Source: Phoronis australis (Eukaryota; Animalia; Phoronida). From it: 64,000 nt of DNA. The translations under genes and the position numbers were made by a program. Positions 51,906 to 64,000 of the stretch are shown here, in pieces. The DNA lies in NCBI GenBank assembly GCA_002633005.1, contig NMRA01000060.1, forward strand, positions 1,037,355 through 1,101,354. Direction: 5' to 3'. Under the pieces are notes generated by a model. That model was not told where the DNA came from. It did not search any database and worked only from the letters and a program-made list of their open reading frames with translations. Position 1 is the first letter of the stretch. Each line of letters starts with the position of its first letter.

Positions 51906-52409
51906 GGGCCTTTCATACTAACGTCGACGCGTCGATGGTTTGGGGAGTTGCGGTCAGTATGAACGCTTAACTCCGGTCCTGGATCGCAGTTAAGAGCTCC
52001 AGTTAACATCGCAGTTAATAGGTGGATTTAAGACCGCAGCGTCGACGCTGCGGTGCAGTATGAACGCTTAACTCCGGTCCAATCGAAGTTATCGCCAGGT
52101 GCCACTGTTATCGTCAACAGTTACAGAGTAGTGCCGTCACTAATAACTACTTGTTTTTTGCTTTAATGATAACCAATCGATTTAAAAATGAGTTTACTGT
52201 CATTTAGCACATTTAAATGTTCCAAATTGTCACATTGAAAAAAATCTTAGCGTGCAGCGCCACCTTGCGATAACTTCGATGACGTCAGCGTCACCAACCC
52301 TTTACTTCGATGGTCATTAACTACCGAAGCCAGTATGAACGGTCCAGTTAACTGCGCTGTTTACGTCGACGCTCCGCTCAGACCGGAGTTAAGTCAATAT
52401 GAAAGGGCC
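51906..52409. mobile_element. MITE, same family as 5983-6467
   Basis: GGGCCTTTCATA...TATGAAAGGGCC termini. Colinear similarity with 5983-6467. Confidence 0.8.
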
Positions 52410-52856
52410 TATAGGGTTTGTATTGTGCAATTTTCAGACAGCTTCGTACTTCTGATTTGAATTGTTAATTTCAGTGTCATAAAAATTTACCAAACTATTT
52501 GAAATACCTTGCAGACTACATAAGTTAAGCATTTGACTTAACACCTTCAAACTAGGGTAATCCATTTTAAACAAAACTGTGTCTTTCTTTGCTCAGTTTC
52601 TACTGAATCTAATTCCCAAGAGACGTGACAAAAAATTTCTCTTTTCTTATTTGTTTGTACATACATGAGTGTATTTTGATAGAGTCTGAGCTTATTGATT
52701 GTGTGACTTTATTTCAGTCTATTTGGTTCACGGCTCATTTCTCATTTGTGTGAGCGCCCTAGAGACGCAATGTTATTAGTCTACCATGGATCGCAGAGGG
52801 AGTAAAAAAAACGTAGGATCATCTTCACAAGCGTGCACAAGTTGTCATAAGTAATC

Positions 52857-53117
52857 ATGGAGAGACGAAAACTGAGTCTGCCGTCGAATGTGCCCATGCT
52901 GAGGATGGGTGTGCGGGCTTTCCAGGATTACCTGCTTAAGCACGGTCTCGGCGATTACCTTCACCATTTCCCGCATGACATGAACTTGAGTCACTTCAAG
53001 TGCTTGACAGAGGTAGAGCTCATTCGTGATTTTGGTATCACCAGTGTCCAGGCGTTGAAGGCTTTGATGCACTCCGTACGACTTCTACAGGGTGGTTTTG
53101 ATGACAGTGACGCTGAG
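52857..53117 (+). CDS. First coding exon of a SAM-domain protein (exon probably 52718-53117); downstream exons not identified in the window
   Basis: Acceptor tttatttcag at 52717, ATCATGG start with an in-frame upstream stop, donor GAG|gtaagt (phase 0). FQDYLLKHGLGDYLHHF...LSHFKCLTEVELIRDFGITSVQALKALMHSV fits the SAM pattern (L...GL..Y...F......L..LTE.EL..LGI). Confidence 0.75.
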
Positions 53118-54963
53118 GTAAGTGAACCCGGCTGACTGTAATTCTACACTAATTTGGCTAAAAAGTAATCACCGGAATTGTTATATTTCCATATTTGAAA
53201 GGCTGACTGCTGGGCTAATGTTTTTTATAACATCTGCGCGGTACAAACCGTGCTAGTAATAGACTAAAGCTTTCTTAATTTAATGTTATTTTTGTGGAGA
53301 AATTTGACAAAATAGAATTTCATTTGGCGGCCATGTTGTTTGCTGCTTAAGTGATGAATTGCCACTACATCAACTGTTATTGGCGAACTGTAACTGGATT
53401 GAAATAACCTTCTTATTGCTTATTCCTCATCTCTGTGATTGCTTGTTCAAACTAGTTAGAAGCAACACATAGCGACCATGTGAATATGAAGTTGGTTGAA
53501 AATTGCCACATGTTTTTAAGCACAATTTTTTTCTCGATAATGACCTGCCGTAAATCACTCAACCGTGTCCAGTAAGTATTGTGACGTGGTGTAGCGGAGT
53601 AACACTGCATGACGTGTGTTATGGGAGCCCCAAAGGTTTACGATTAGTGCAAAGATCACGTTTTTGCAGAATTTTTTTGTTTTGACATTTACAAGTTGTC
53701 AATGAATACAACGTACTGCACTTTATTTAGCGCAGATGATGTTCAAATAGCATTGTCGTTTACTTCCTGTCGTACATTAGCATAGTTAGGAACATGCTAG
53801 TACAGAAATGGTGGTCTCTTTCTCGCTGTGAGGTGAGGGTTGAGTACTCGTCACATGCACTGTTCTCCAAAATGGTGTTACGGATTGTTTTTGAATTGCT
53901 CCACTTTACGCGAGAGGCTGTCAAAAATGGAACTTTTATGATTTCATGAAAATTTTTTTTAAGTTGCACAAAATGAAATAAAATGTTTAAAAAACAGTAA
54001 CAGAGTTTTTGAGATCTCACCTTGAACATTGGCATCAAATTTGATTGTGAGAAAAAATCAAAAGTTGCATAAAACAAAGTGATAACTTTGACGTCTGACA
54101 GCATTTTTGAACATTAAGTGGAATTTGGTTATATTATTGGTACCGTTGTTTTGCTGCCAATGTACCATTATACCTTTTTCGCTGAACTTTATTAAAAAGA
54201 GGTGGTCACGTGACCCAGTTTAGAGAGCGGTAAAATGTCAGAAATCAAATTCTGCCGTTTTTTTACTGGCAGAAGATAAATACTTTTATTTTGTAGTTCG
54301 TAGTAGTTTGTAGGTATTTGACTAAATGCTAAGTGCGCTTCACATAAGCTTGACATAGGAGTTTTTGAGGCATGTGTTCATAAGCTTTGTTTGTGTGAGT
54401 GTGCCGTTTGTTTTTGCAGATCTTACGAGGTTCATAAAATCGTTTTGCTTTCTTGCGTTACACATGTGTGCTGTGTATAATTTGATGACTTGGTTGAGGT
54501 TTTGGGGTTACAAAAGACAGGATGAATGAATGGTCACTAAATTCACTCTGTTGCTGAGGACCTAAAATATCAAAGTACATGGAAGCGAACTGTTTTTCCT
54601 AGGCGTTTTTCATCTGACTTGAGATTAGTTCATCTAGGTAAAATGTCGCCATTTAGGATACATTATAGTGGACAAAGCATTTTTCACTTTTTCATAAAAG
54701 ATTATTAAGAATTTATCAATATTTTTACTATATTCGGTGTTTTTGTGATACTGTGGGGATTCATAACAATGCTAGAATCCTTTCAAGTCAAAAAAAGTCG
54801 ATTTTGGCTATTGATTTTGTCTGTACTGAAGTCCTTTCGCATTCTGCCTTGAAGCAGAGGAAGTGGGTGTGAGTACAATAAATAGCGCCAGTGCAATGGA
54901 AAGGGGCATTGTTTACTTGGGTTCTGTATAATCAGATGAGAGTGTCAGCTTGTATGTTGAAAT

Positions 54964-55121
54964 ACCGTAAACGTTCGGGTTAACGCCCATGCTCAGTTAA
55001 CCGCCCATCCCCTACTTTAGGTGGATTTTTGATTTAACCACCCACTGCTCGGTTAATCGCCCCTCCGTGATTTTTGAAGATTTCCAGTTAGCGCCCACCT
55101 CTCGGTTAAGCGCCCATCCCT
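54964..55121. mobile_element. Left end of a pogo/Tc2-like MITE (TA-CCGTA start, repeated ttaa(g/c)cgccca motif); degraded relative at about 60343-60490
   Basis: taccgtaaacgttcgggttaacgccca followed by several ttaa.cgccca copies. The right end was not located. Confidence 0.45.
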
Positions 55122-55564
55122 GACATTTAAAGATTGAAGATTTGGTGCCCAGTGCTAAAGCAATGGGCGTTTCCCCGACTTTTAGATCAGTGATCACAAT
55201 GAGTCCAACGACGGCCTCGGAGCCGGCAGTTTGGCAATGCAAATTATAATGCAAGTAACAAATTGTTGTTGGTACGTACATGTTGTACCTAATGTCGAAC
55301 TTGTCTTGATGATACATTTCCTCGTTGGTGAATTGAAACTTTTGCCTGCGTATAACTCAGTCATCAGGCAAAATAACTGGAACTTCCGTGGTCAATGCTA
55401 ATCAATTGTTGAAAAGTTTGAATCAAAATTCCTTTAAAACATTTTCCAATTATTTATGGATAGCTCATGTTCGCTGGTAAATCAAAATCTACATTTTTCC
55501 TCGGCCACAGATTATGAAAACAAGTGTGCATTTTTTGCAAATCAACCCAGGTGCTGATCAGAAA

Positions 55565-55868
55565 GCTCTGTTCACACCAACTAAATGAGGTTGTAAATCG
55601 TTCTGCAGTTGTAACTTATGTAATTGTTACCAGTCACACTGACAATACTGCTGTAACCCTAGTTCATAGTTTTGTCGTTAAGAGTTTATACAGCAGCACC
55701 ACCTACAGGGTTATAAGTTTTAGAAGTGACTGCTGTGTTTACACCAAGTTATAACGATTATAACCTCTTTCTAAACCACCTTCACAAAGGGTTATGGCCG
55801 CACTACAGTTACAACCTTTAAAACCAGTTTTAAAGTGTACAGACCAACAGCTTTGGTGTGAACAGGGC
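55565..55868. mobile_element. Harbinger-like MITE
   Basis: TIR GCTCTGTTCACACCAA / TTGGTGTGAACAGGGC, with internal gttgtaa/ttataac repeats. Confidence 0.6.
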
Positions 55869-58057
55869 ATATGTTTAGAACAAGGTCATTTCTGTCCAGG
55901 GCTTCAGTAAATCTACCAAGGTGTAAATTCAGGATGTTTATTTACAAAGCAGTTTTAACAGTGTTTATCCAGCTCAGACTCTGACATGGTGTGATAACTG
56001 GGCAAATTTGTATTGACTTTCTACAGAGGATTTCAAGCTGTTGTTTTGCCTTCTGGTAATTTTACTTGTGTATCTTGCCCTGTAAACAGTGTCTACCTAC
56101 ACTACATACAGGTACTTTAAAATTTAATGACCTTTCCAGCTCACCGAGTCACCCTTACTTCCCCTCGTTTTTCGCATTCTAAGGATAATAGTATGACTTT
56201 TTAAACTGGTACTTTAAAATTTATTGGTCTGTCCGTCTGTGACACTGAGGTACTTTTATTCCCAGTCATTTTTTTGTAATATATTGATGTCAGTAATGGT
56301 TTTTAAATTGACACCAAGTTTAAATTGAACCGATTGGTTTATTTTTGAAACACATTATGAACAATAAAAGTTTATTTTCTCAAATTTTTTATAAACAAAT
56401 CACTGTGAAGGCACAGGTCTTCATTGTTAGGATATTTTACCACCATTATACATCTTATGTTATCCAAAATAATTGTTTTTAAGATTGCAGAAAGCTTTTG
56501 TATTTGTTTACTATGTTTTCTTTTAGAAAAAATTACTTACTCAAAGAAAATTAAGTGAGAGCTTTGGGAATTAAGTTTATGTTTACAAAGGTGTGAGCAC
56601 CAGTTCACAGTGGCACCTGGCAGTTTTGTAAAGTTAAATTCTCAGAGGAAAATGTTCAGGTTATGTGGCAACTCATCGTCAAGTCAAATATCTGCGAAAA
56701 TATGAATTTAACTGCATAAATATATTTTCGGAAAGTAGAGAGTCTGTAGAATTTAATTTTTGACTAAAGGGAGGTTAGTGTGCTAAAATCTTAGTGGCCT
56801 GTTTCACCAAACTAAACTGTTGCAACTTGACGTTTTTGCTCAAAGTCTAAATAGGAAGCTTACAACTAAGTGTAAGAATTGCAGTAAGGCTGTATACACT
56901 CTGTGTAAGAATGTCGCACTTCTGTCGAGGTCATGGTGCCAACAAGCAGGGCTAGTAGGTCATGCATGAGTGTCACCATGTGACTTTAACAAGACAATTC
57001 AATAAAAGCAATTTTAAAATAAAAAATATTTGAAGCTTCCATCATTAAACGTCTACACACATACACTACTAAGTATCATAACTGGGTCGACCAGTCTCTA
57101 TGTGGCACCCAAACTAATATTACTGAGTTAGTCCAGCTTGTCATTTCACACAGTTCCTGCACAGTGCAGTTGTGGTCAGTGCCTTCCTTTCAGCATCCAA
57201 CTTTGAACACAATCATCTTGTGGTCCCCACTTTGTCCGTTGAATGTTACAAGTCTTCACTGTCGGCACAAACGTTCCACCGTGTCCAAACAGCTTCTGCT
57301 GAGACAGTCTACACCGTATCATGGCTGGCTCTCGACTGCCGCACCCAGGTCGAACATTTGAATGCACCAATTACACAACAGTTCATTTACATATAAATGT
57401 CCTGGCAACAATCGCTGAACACTGACACCAACGACATAACAGACTATGTTCACAATTGTCTATTCTTTACAATGAGATTATGCAACAAGACCTGATTTTG
57501 ATAAACTTTCCTGCTCTGTTGAGAAACCGTAGTGTCAGCTATTTCTCAGTCTGTGTTGAAAGAGTGCGGACATAATATGAGAGCGATGCTGAGGTTTGGA
57601 GTGATCAAAGACTATTAAGAGCCATTTAATTATCATCTACTACTGGATAGCATATATTGATTTTCCATTTAGAAATTAACCATTATTGATTAAGTAGAGA
57701 TAATTAATTTTGATGTAGCGTAACGGCTTCCTAATTGGAAATGAATTTACCAAAAATGTTTTGGTCCACATTTATCAACGGGTACTCGTGTTTGACTTTG
57801 CCAGTTCTGCTGGAACAACCGGCTAAGACTTATCTGATTGGCTTTCAACGACGACTTCTGGCTTTTTAACCAACCACATGGTGGAACCAGTTTGGACCTT
57901 GGGTCGAACGTATCGGCAAGCACAGCTTTAATTTAGTTTCCACATTTGAAAGCATGAATTGAGTACCTGCGGCTATGACTGCCTCCCACTCCCAGACAAA
58001 TGACATTTTAGTCTTCATAACACACCTTTGACACATGTGAAGCATGTTTTATGAATA

Positions 58058-58475
58058 CAAGGTACCTAAACTACACGGTCAACGGACTCATAAACACCGT
58101 GGCACGGACGCATGAACACGACTCACGGACCTGCAAACACCGTCCACTGACTCACAAACACGGGAACGGACTCACAAAACACGATCCACGCACCCAAATA
58201 CATAGGACACGGACTCATATTCACGAGGAAACACGGTTAACGGACTGCCAAACACGGTTTACGGACAAAATGTAGATGTCAGCTGACCCAAGAAGCCGAT
58301 GAGTGTTTCCTCGTGAATATGAGTCCATGTCCCGTGTATTTGGGTGCGTGGATCGTGTTTTGTGAGTCCGTTCCCGTGTTTGCGAGTCAGTAGACGGTGT
58401 TTGCAGGTCCGTGTCGTGTTCATGCGTCCATGCCTGTGTTTATGAGTCCGTTGACCGTGTAGTTTAGGTACCTTG
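58058..58475. mobile_element. Foldback element with about 175-bp near-perfect inverted arms and a 5-bp TSD
   Basis: Arms 58058-58234 and 58303-58475. Termini CAAGGTACCTAAAC/GTTTAGGTACCTTG. GAATA on both sides. Confidence 0.9.
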
Positions 58476-59453
58476 GAATAGGCTTGACTTGTTGCTTGGA
58501 GGGCGTAACTTGCTGTTGCCAGAATTCCTTTGATGTCCTAAGAGATCGTGTGGGTAAAGCTCCTCGCCTAGCCTAGTCTTGGTGTAGCAAGGTCTGTAAA
58601 CACTGTTCCCGTATCTTGAATTGGTGAAAACAGAAATTGTCCAACAGGAGACGCTATATTCCATTACACTGGAAGCCGCGCATATGATCGCTCCACAATT
58701 TATGCTGCAGAATAATGGTAGGACACATTCATATACAATAGGACACCAATTTTTCCAATACCGATAGAAAAATTTAGTCTATTCAAGGACATGTGTAGTT
58801 TTTGTTCACATTAAGTTTGTGTAAGGTTTTATTGGGCCATTTTTGTACCCACTTTGGTGCAAAGCTGATTTTAATACAATTTTGCACCAAGGTTAAACTA
58901 ATTGAAGCAGAACAATGGTTTGTAGGTTTCTGGTACAGTGAATTACAGATAGTGAGGTGTTCCAATCTTATCTGAAATTTACTAGAGCAGTGAATGCAAA
59001 ATGTTAAACAGTACTGAACATCACTTCAAACCATTTTTATCTTGGCAATCACAGAAAATGTTTTCAAGCAGTATTTTTTAACTTGTACTAGCAAGACATG
59101 CTGCTTTCTGTTTTGTTTAAAGACCATATTGTCATTTGGTTGTTTTCATGCATTGATTTTCACACATCTGTGCTTGCACAGGTATGTGGGATGTTGTGTG
59201 CCGGACTTGGTGCTAGAAACACTTATCCTTCTGTTTTTAGCAGTCTTTTCAGAAAGTGAATGAACTGTATTGATTATTTTTTAGTAGTTTGATAACATCA
59301 GCTGGTCACTTCTTGTTTTGTCTAACTAGAGAAATGGAATAACAGTGTTTGATATACCACATCTGCCAGATGAACTGTGTTATCCCTAATAAATGCCCAT
59401 CCTCTGTCCCAACAACACTTCTTGAACAAGTTGGTTACACAGTAATTATCCGG

Positions 59454-59974
59454 AAGCGTGTTCAACAGAGTGAGCGCCCGCTAGCGTGTACTCGCGAATA
59501 CAAGGAACAGCTCCTGAACAGCTGTGAGGGCTCACTGTGCGATCCAGTATGGCGACTCTGAAGCAGATTGTGTTGAATGTCTTAGCCGATGAGCTTAACA
59601 CTAACAGCCCTTCCTATGGCGTACTGAGCGATAAATATGATTAACCTTTGCCAATAATTATTAATATCGGCAGCCCAAGACAATAACCGTGAAGGCTTTG
59701 GAAAGACAAGAATCGAAAATTACGTCGAGGAAACTATTCCTCGCTGCAGCGACCCGTAATTTAAGTCGCAGTTTCGGATGAGTCGGTCAACCTTTGAGGT
59801 TAGTTTTCGTGTTGCAGAACCATAATGGGTTCATATGTTGCAGACGTGAAGCCTTCGCAGGACGCCATCTTGGAAATCTAAGCGAATATGCTCTCGAGGT
59901 TGTTCGCTGAACACAGCTGTTCAGGATGAGGGCGCTCAAATCGCTCGCGGGCGCTCACTCTATTGAACACGCTT
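59454..59974. mobile_element. Internally deleted PIF/Harbinger element with a transposase first-exon remnant (59549-59798, +)
   Basis: TIR AAGCGTGTTCAA(C/T)AGAGTGAGCGCCCGC, TSD CGG. RIENYVEETIPRCSDP*FKSQFRMSRSTFE|gttagt is the typical Harbinger transposase N-terminal F...FRMSR.TF motif. Confidence 0.85.
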
Positions 59975-60676
59975 CGGGTATAGTAGCTAATGAACAGTGC
60001 TCGTGAAACTAATTTGTTGTTTTCCAACTCTAGGCTCTCATAAGCAGCTCGCCAAGTCACCACTAGTGAATTCTGAGTAGAACTGGCGATGACGAATCAA
60101 AACCATTTCGCCAGTTTGGCAGACACTTCACTGCTTGTCAATAAAAATATTTCAGAAATGTATTCACGTGGTGACGACTCCCAGTCAACGAGATTCAAAT
60201 CCCAGCGGAATTGATGGAGTTCCAAAATGGTGGATTGCAGTCCATGTTTAACTGGCTACCGAAATAACATCAGGCAGGCTAAAATGTGTTCTTGTTAATG
60301 AGTATTAAATAGGTCATTCAGGTGATTGGTTTATGCATGATTTACCATAAACATTTGCCCGTGCTTATGGAGCTACCACCCTTTACTTTTGAACATTTTC
60401 ATATTCAGCATCCACTGCTCGACTAAGCGCCCAACCTCATAATTTTCTTGAGAATTATGCATCCCACTGCTCAGGCTAGCACTCACCCGTGATTTGCTTT
60501 GCCAAATTGATTTTCAAAAAAATAATGTAATATCCAAAAACCGTATCAATTTCGAGTCGCAGTGTGTTGAGAGGTTGCTGCTGGAGAAGTTGTACGGGTA
60601 TTCTGTGCAGTGCATTAAAAATGGTTACTTAGTTGAAATTGTCACTGACTACAGTCAACCAAAGACTCTCATTCTG

Positions 60677-60919
60677 GGGCCCGTTCCAACAAAACTGACT
60701 GAGCTAAGACAAATCTTAAATTTTAGAATATTTTAAAATAAAAAAATTGTCTCAAAACCAATTCAAGAAAGAGATCTTAGGTTTAACTAAGTGTTTGACA
60801 CAAGTTTTGTCTCAATTTTGACTTAATTACCGAATGTGGAAGTTTCAAAGTTTGGAAGTTAAGATAATTCTTAGACTTAAGTCAAAAATGAACTTAAGTC
60901 AGTTTCTTGGAGCGGGCCC
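60677..60919. mobile_element. PIF/Harbinger MITE (CTG TSD)
   Basis: CTG-GGGCCCGTTCCAACAAAACTGACT...AGTCAGTTTCTTGGAGCGGGCCC-CTG. Confidence 0.8.
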
Positions 60920-62229
60920 CTGGACTTCAACTAATTTATTTTTCAAAAGATTGTCTAGCGTCAAAGTTTTCTTAGTCAAATCTTGACATATTTTGTCTTC
61001 AAGGGCGAAGTACATGACTGGATCATGTGTCATTTTGTGACTGATTTATACATTCCTTCCCATGCACCATATTCAGTGCCAAGGGAGCGAACTTGAACCA
61101 ACCGATAATGGAGATCCGCACAGTCGAAATATTTCAATGCTTTTTATTTCATGCAAACAGAATACAATAGGAATCATAAGGTTCTTTTTTGTGAAATTTG
61201 CACTGCATCGTTACTGCTCATTGTCATTCAACCTAGGCATACAATGCCCCTCAGATTTTTTGGGCAGAATTTTTTCAAGTTGCAAAATTTGGGCTGTGAA
61301 CAAAAGGAATCTTCGACAACTTCTCAACATGTGTTATCTCCTATTTTAAGTTTCAGGCGTAGCTTCTCGAATACCCTTGTCGGCTTGAGAGCACTGATTC
61401 AACTACCGTGTCAGTAATTAGCCTTGCAGTATTCTATGAACTTCGGGTTTGCGGACTTCAATTTTGAACGTTGTAAGGTTGTCTGAGGCTGACCGTCTAG
61501 CTCAGGTTAAGGGCACATGTTTGGGTAAGCACCCACCCCTAATTTCTTAAAATTTCTGGTTCATGCTCTAGGTTGAACTTCTACCAAATTTTACATTATG
61601 GGAAGTATTGGCCATCTCAAATTCAACAATTACGATCAATGACAAACGATCATTCACAATATGAGGAAGCATGATAACATCTAATACTTGAGAAATACAA
61701 TGAACGGCAAAGTTGTCCAGTAAGTTTTACTTTTGCACACTTTGTTGTCATGCAGACTTAAAAAAAATTGAAAAGCTGAGTCAGGCACCATAAATCGTTC
61801 TTCATTAGTCCGATTCGCCTCGTTAGTGAGTCAGAGGCCCTACATTCTGAAATCCAGGTGAACCATACCTGGAGCTGAGGAGAGTTAAAGTTGGGATGTT
61901 GGAAGACATGGAAGACAAAGTAATGTTTTTACGTTATCTTTCCTAAAATTACTGATCCTTTTATCTTGGAGAGACTTATTCAGCATTAATTTACTGTGCT
62001 GGCCAAGAGTGAGGTTACTCAGCCTAACAAATGGCCTGCAACTTTTTTGTGCATTCACTTCTTAATTGAGCAACAGCAAGCAATTACAGGCGGACACGAG
62101 ACTGTAAGGCAGAGCATTAAGACTAAAGCAGAGCACTAAGTCTTTACTTTGTTATAAAACATGAAAATTAAAGTGTGTTTTATATTTGCTGCCCTCAGTT
62201 TTTATGGGCCATACAGATTCTAAAAATTT

Positions 62230-62805
62230 TGGAAAATGGTTTCCACTGGACTCTAAGGACAAGTCCTGATACCTGAAGGCTACAGACCATTGAAAATAAA
62301 CAGTGCAAGCTGGAGTAGATGATTATTGTTGTTTGAAAATTAGGAAACTTTCCATAAGTGCTTTGGGATTTCACTTCTTGTTATCCATTGATCTTTCCAA
62401 GACTTTTGTACCTGATAACGACCCTCCACAATTGAATATTTTTGGGCTGCCACAATCTCTAGCCAACACGATCAAACCGGACGTAAACGTGCCCATTGCT
62501 GTCGGATGAAAGATGGTGCTGTGACGACCATTTTTCGATTTTTTTTGCATTGTGGTGCTGTATCTCCAACATCCCTTGGCAGTTCTTTTTCTATTTGGGT
62601 TACTGATAAGTCTCAGCATTTACTGTTCTTTAGTTATTTGAGATTTTCTGATGGCTTCTCTCTAATTAATCTCTGGCATCCCTTGATGGATCTGTATGGA
62701 ATTCGGTTTATTGATAGAACTTGTGAAACACGTTTCTCGCTACAACTTACTGTTCTCGAAATATTCAAGATTTACTGGCCAGATGACTGTTCTTTTATTG
62801 ACTAA
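62230..62805 (-). mobile_element. Highly degraded Tc1-like transposase remnant
   Basis: Minus-strand fragments resemble, in the correct order, the Tc1 HTH (SGQ*ILNISRTVSCSEKRVSQVL), NPNRKRTAK, CGGSL (GGSV-like), IFKQQ (FQQDN-like) and DL..PVE (SPDLNPIE-like). Many frameshifts. Confidence 0.4.
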
Positions 62806-64000
62806 TCTAGCTGCACTTTTGTTGGTTTATCATATTTGTGCTACATGTCGCATTTTTGCATTTTTCGTCCTTAGGAGATTTGTAACATGTTACAATGTAT
62901 GATTTAGTCTTATCTAATTCTGATTGGGAACAATAGGTGGCATTGATAAGCAAATGGATGGTAGTGTATTTTATAGCAAATAATTCCACCTTGAGCAGTA
63001 ATCGTCACAAGTGTTGGTTGTTAATGTACTCTTCCTGATGCCAAAAGATAGTCAATTTATCAATTTGCATAATGTAAGAAAGACGAATACGACTGCTATT
63101 TTTTACAAAAATACCTTATGTTGTGTGAGTTGATTTGTTACAGAAACCAAAATAAGAGGCTAATCGAAAATTTCTAGCGGCGTTTTTGAGGTAACTTGTG
63201 AAGTTTTCATTAAAAAAGATTTCATTACTATATGTATCTTTCTTAAAAATGATATTTTGACATAAAAAGGGTGTTAATGTAATGATAATAGTGGCACATA
63301 AATATAAATATCTTTCAGAAAATGAATACTTTTACTAGTTGACAAGGCCTGTTTTTTGATATACAAGTTAGAATGAGGCCACTAAACAAGGTTTAATAAT
63401 GCTATGATTAGTATTGTAACACAATATGAGTCTGTGTGGGAATGTCACGTTATAATCTCTTCAGTTTAGGTCTGATTATGGCTGACTAGTGAATTTTTTT
63501 ATATCGTTTTTTCCATGCATCATAAGTTCCGTCCACACACAGTCTACCCTGGAACAACATGCACTAGTACAACTTACCCCACTTTTTAGTTGAACGTCCA
63601 CACATACATATCTGATAACTAGGGTAAGGCTTACGTTGTCGCTTTGTGTTTGACAAATGCAAATACGGCACGGCACGGCATGCAAAAGAAAACCAGTCTG
63701 TATGTAACTGCAGTTGATAATTACTTCCGCCTTTTGCGACCACACAAGAATTTGGAGTGGCACGAGTTACCCTAGAACAAGTTACCACACCTCGAATAGG
63801 TGGGGGTAAGTTGTCACAAGTGGGATAAGTTGCACTTGTTTAAAGATGCTATGTCTCATTAAATTGTGAATATGCAAATGAAGTACTAGTTTATAAACCA
63901 TCCCGGGTCTTCCAGTAAACCGGACACCATCCGGTTACCATTACAATCTCGCGAAAGTCTCATTCTGTGAGACTATATTTTTATGTAAATGAGTATGGCA

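Noticed and set aside
63550-63840. Inverted GGGGTAAGTTG motifs suggesting transposon ends
   Set aside because: Boundaries and TSD could not be defined near the window edge.

Overview
Eukaryotic, AT-rich, repeat-dense genomic DNA with spliceosomal introns and four N-gaps. It is most likely from a marine invertebrate; a deuterostome is my inference from the Link domain and transposon repertoire and cannot be verified here. The left half (1 to about 33.2 kb) is a head-to-tail array of three paralogues (A, B, C) of a 3-exon gene for a secreted protein: signal peptide, Cys pair, roughly 130-aa coiled coil, CxC neck, then one C-terminal Link (X-link, TSG-6/CD44-type) module. This is a collectin/angiopoietin-like layout with a Link head. 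Copy C is intact (258 aa). Copies A and B share an identical +1 frameshift in exon 2. The Link head has an extra Cys pair, and A/B-versus-C substitutions cluster in the predicted ligand-groove loops. Introns and intergenic DNA hold an inverted Penelope-like insertion with hammerhead ribozymes, an L1/Tx1 fragment, and many non-autonomous DNA transposons (Kolobok-, P-, Harbinger-, Academ- and Tc1-like, plus unclassified). The right half is mostly transposon-derived DNA around one SAM-domain coding exon (52857-53117) of a gene whose remaining exons I could not identify. All calls were made by eye; no database searches were run.
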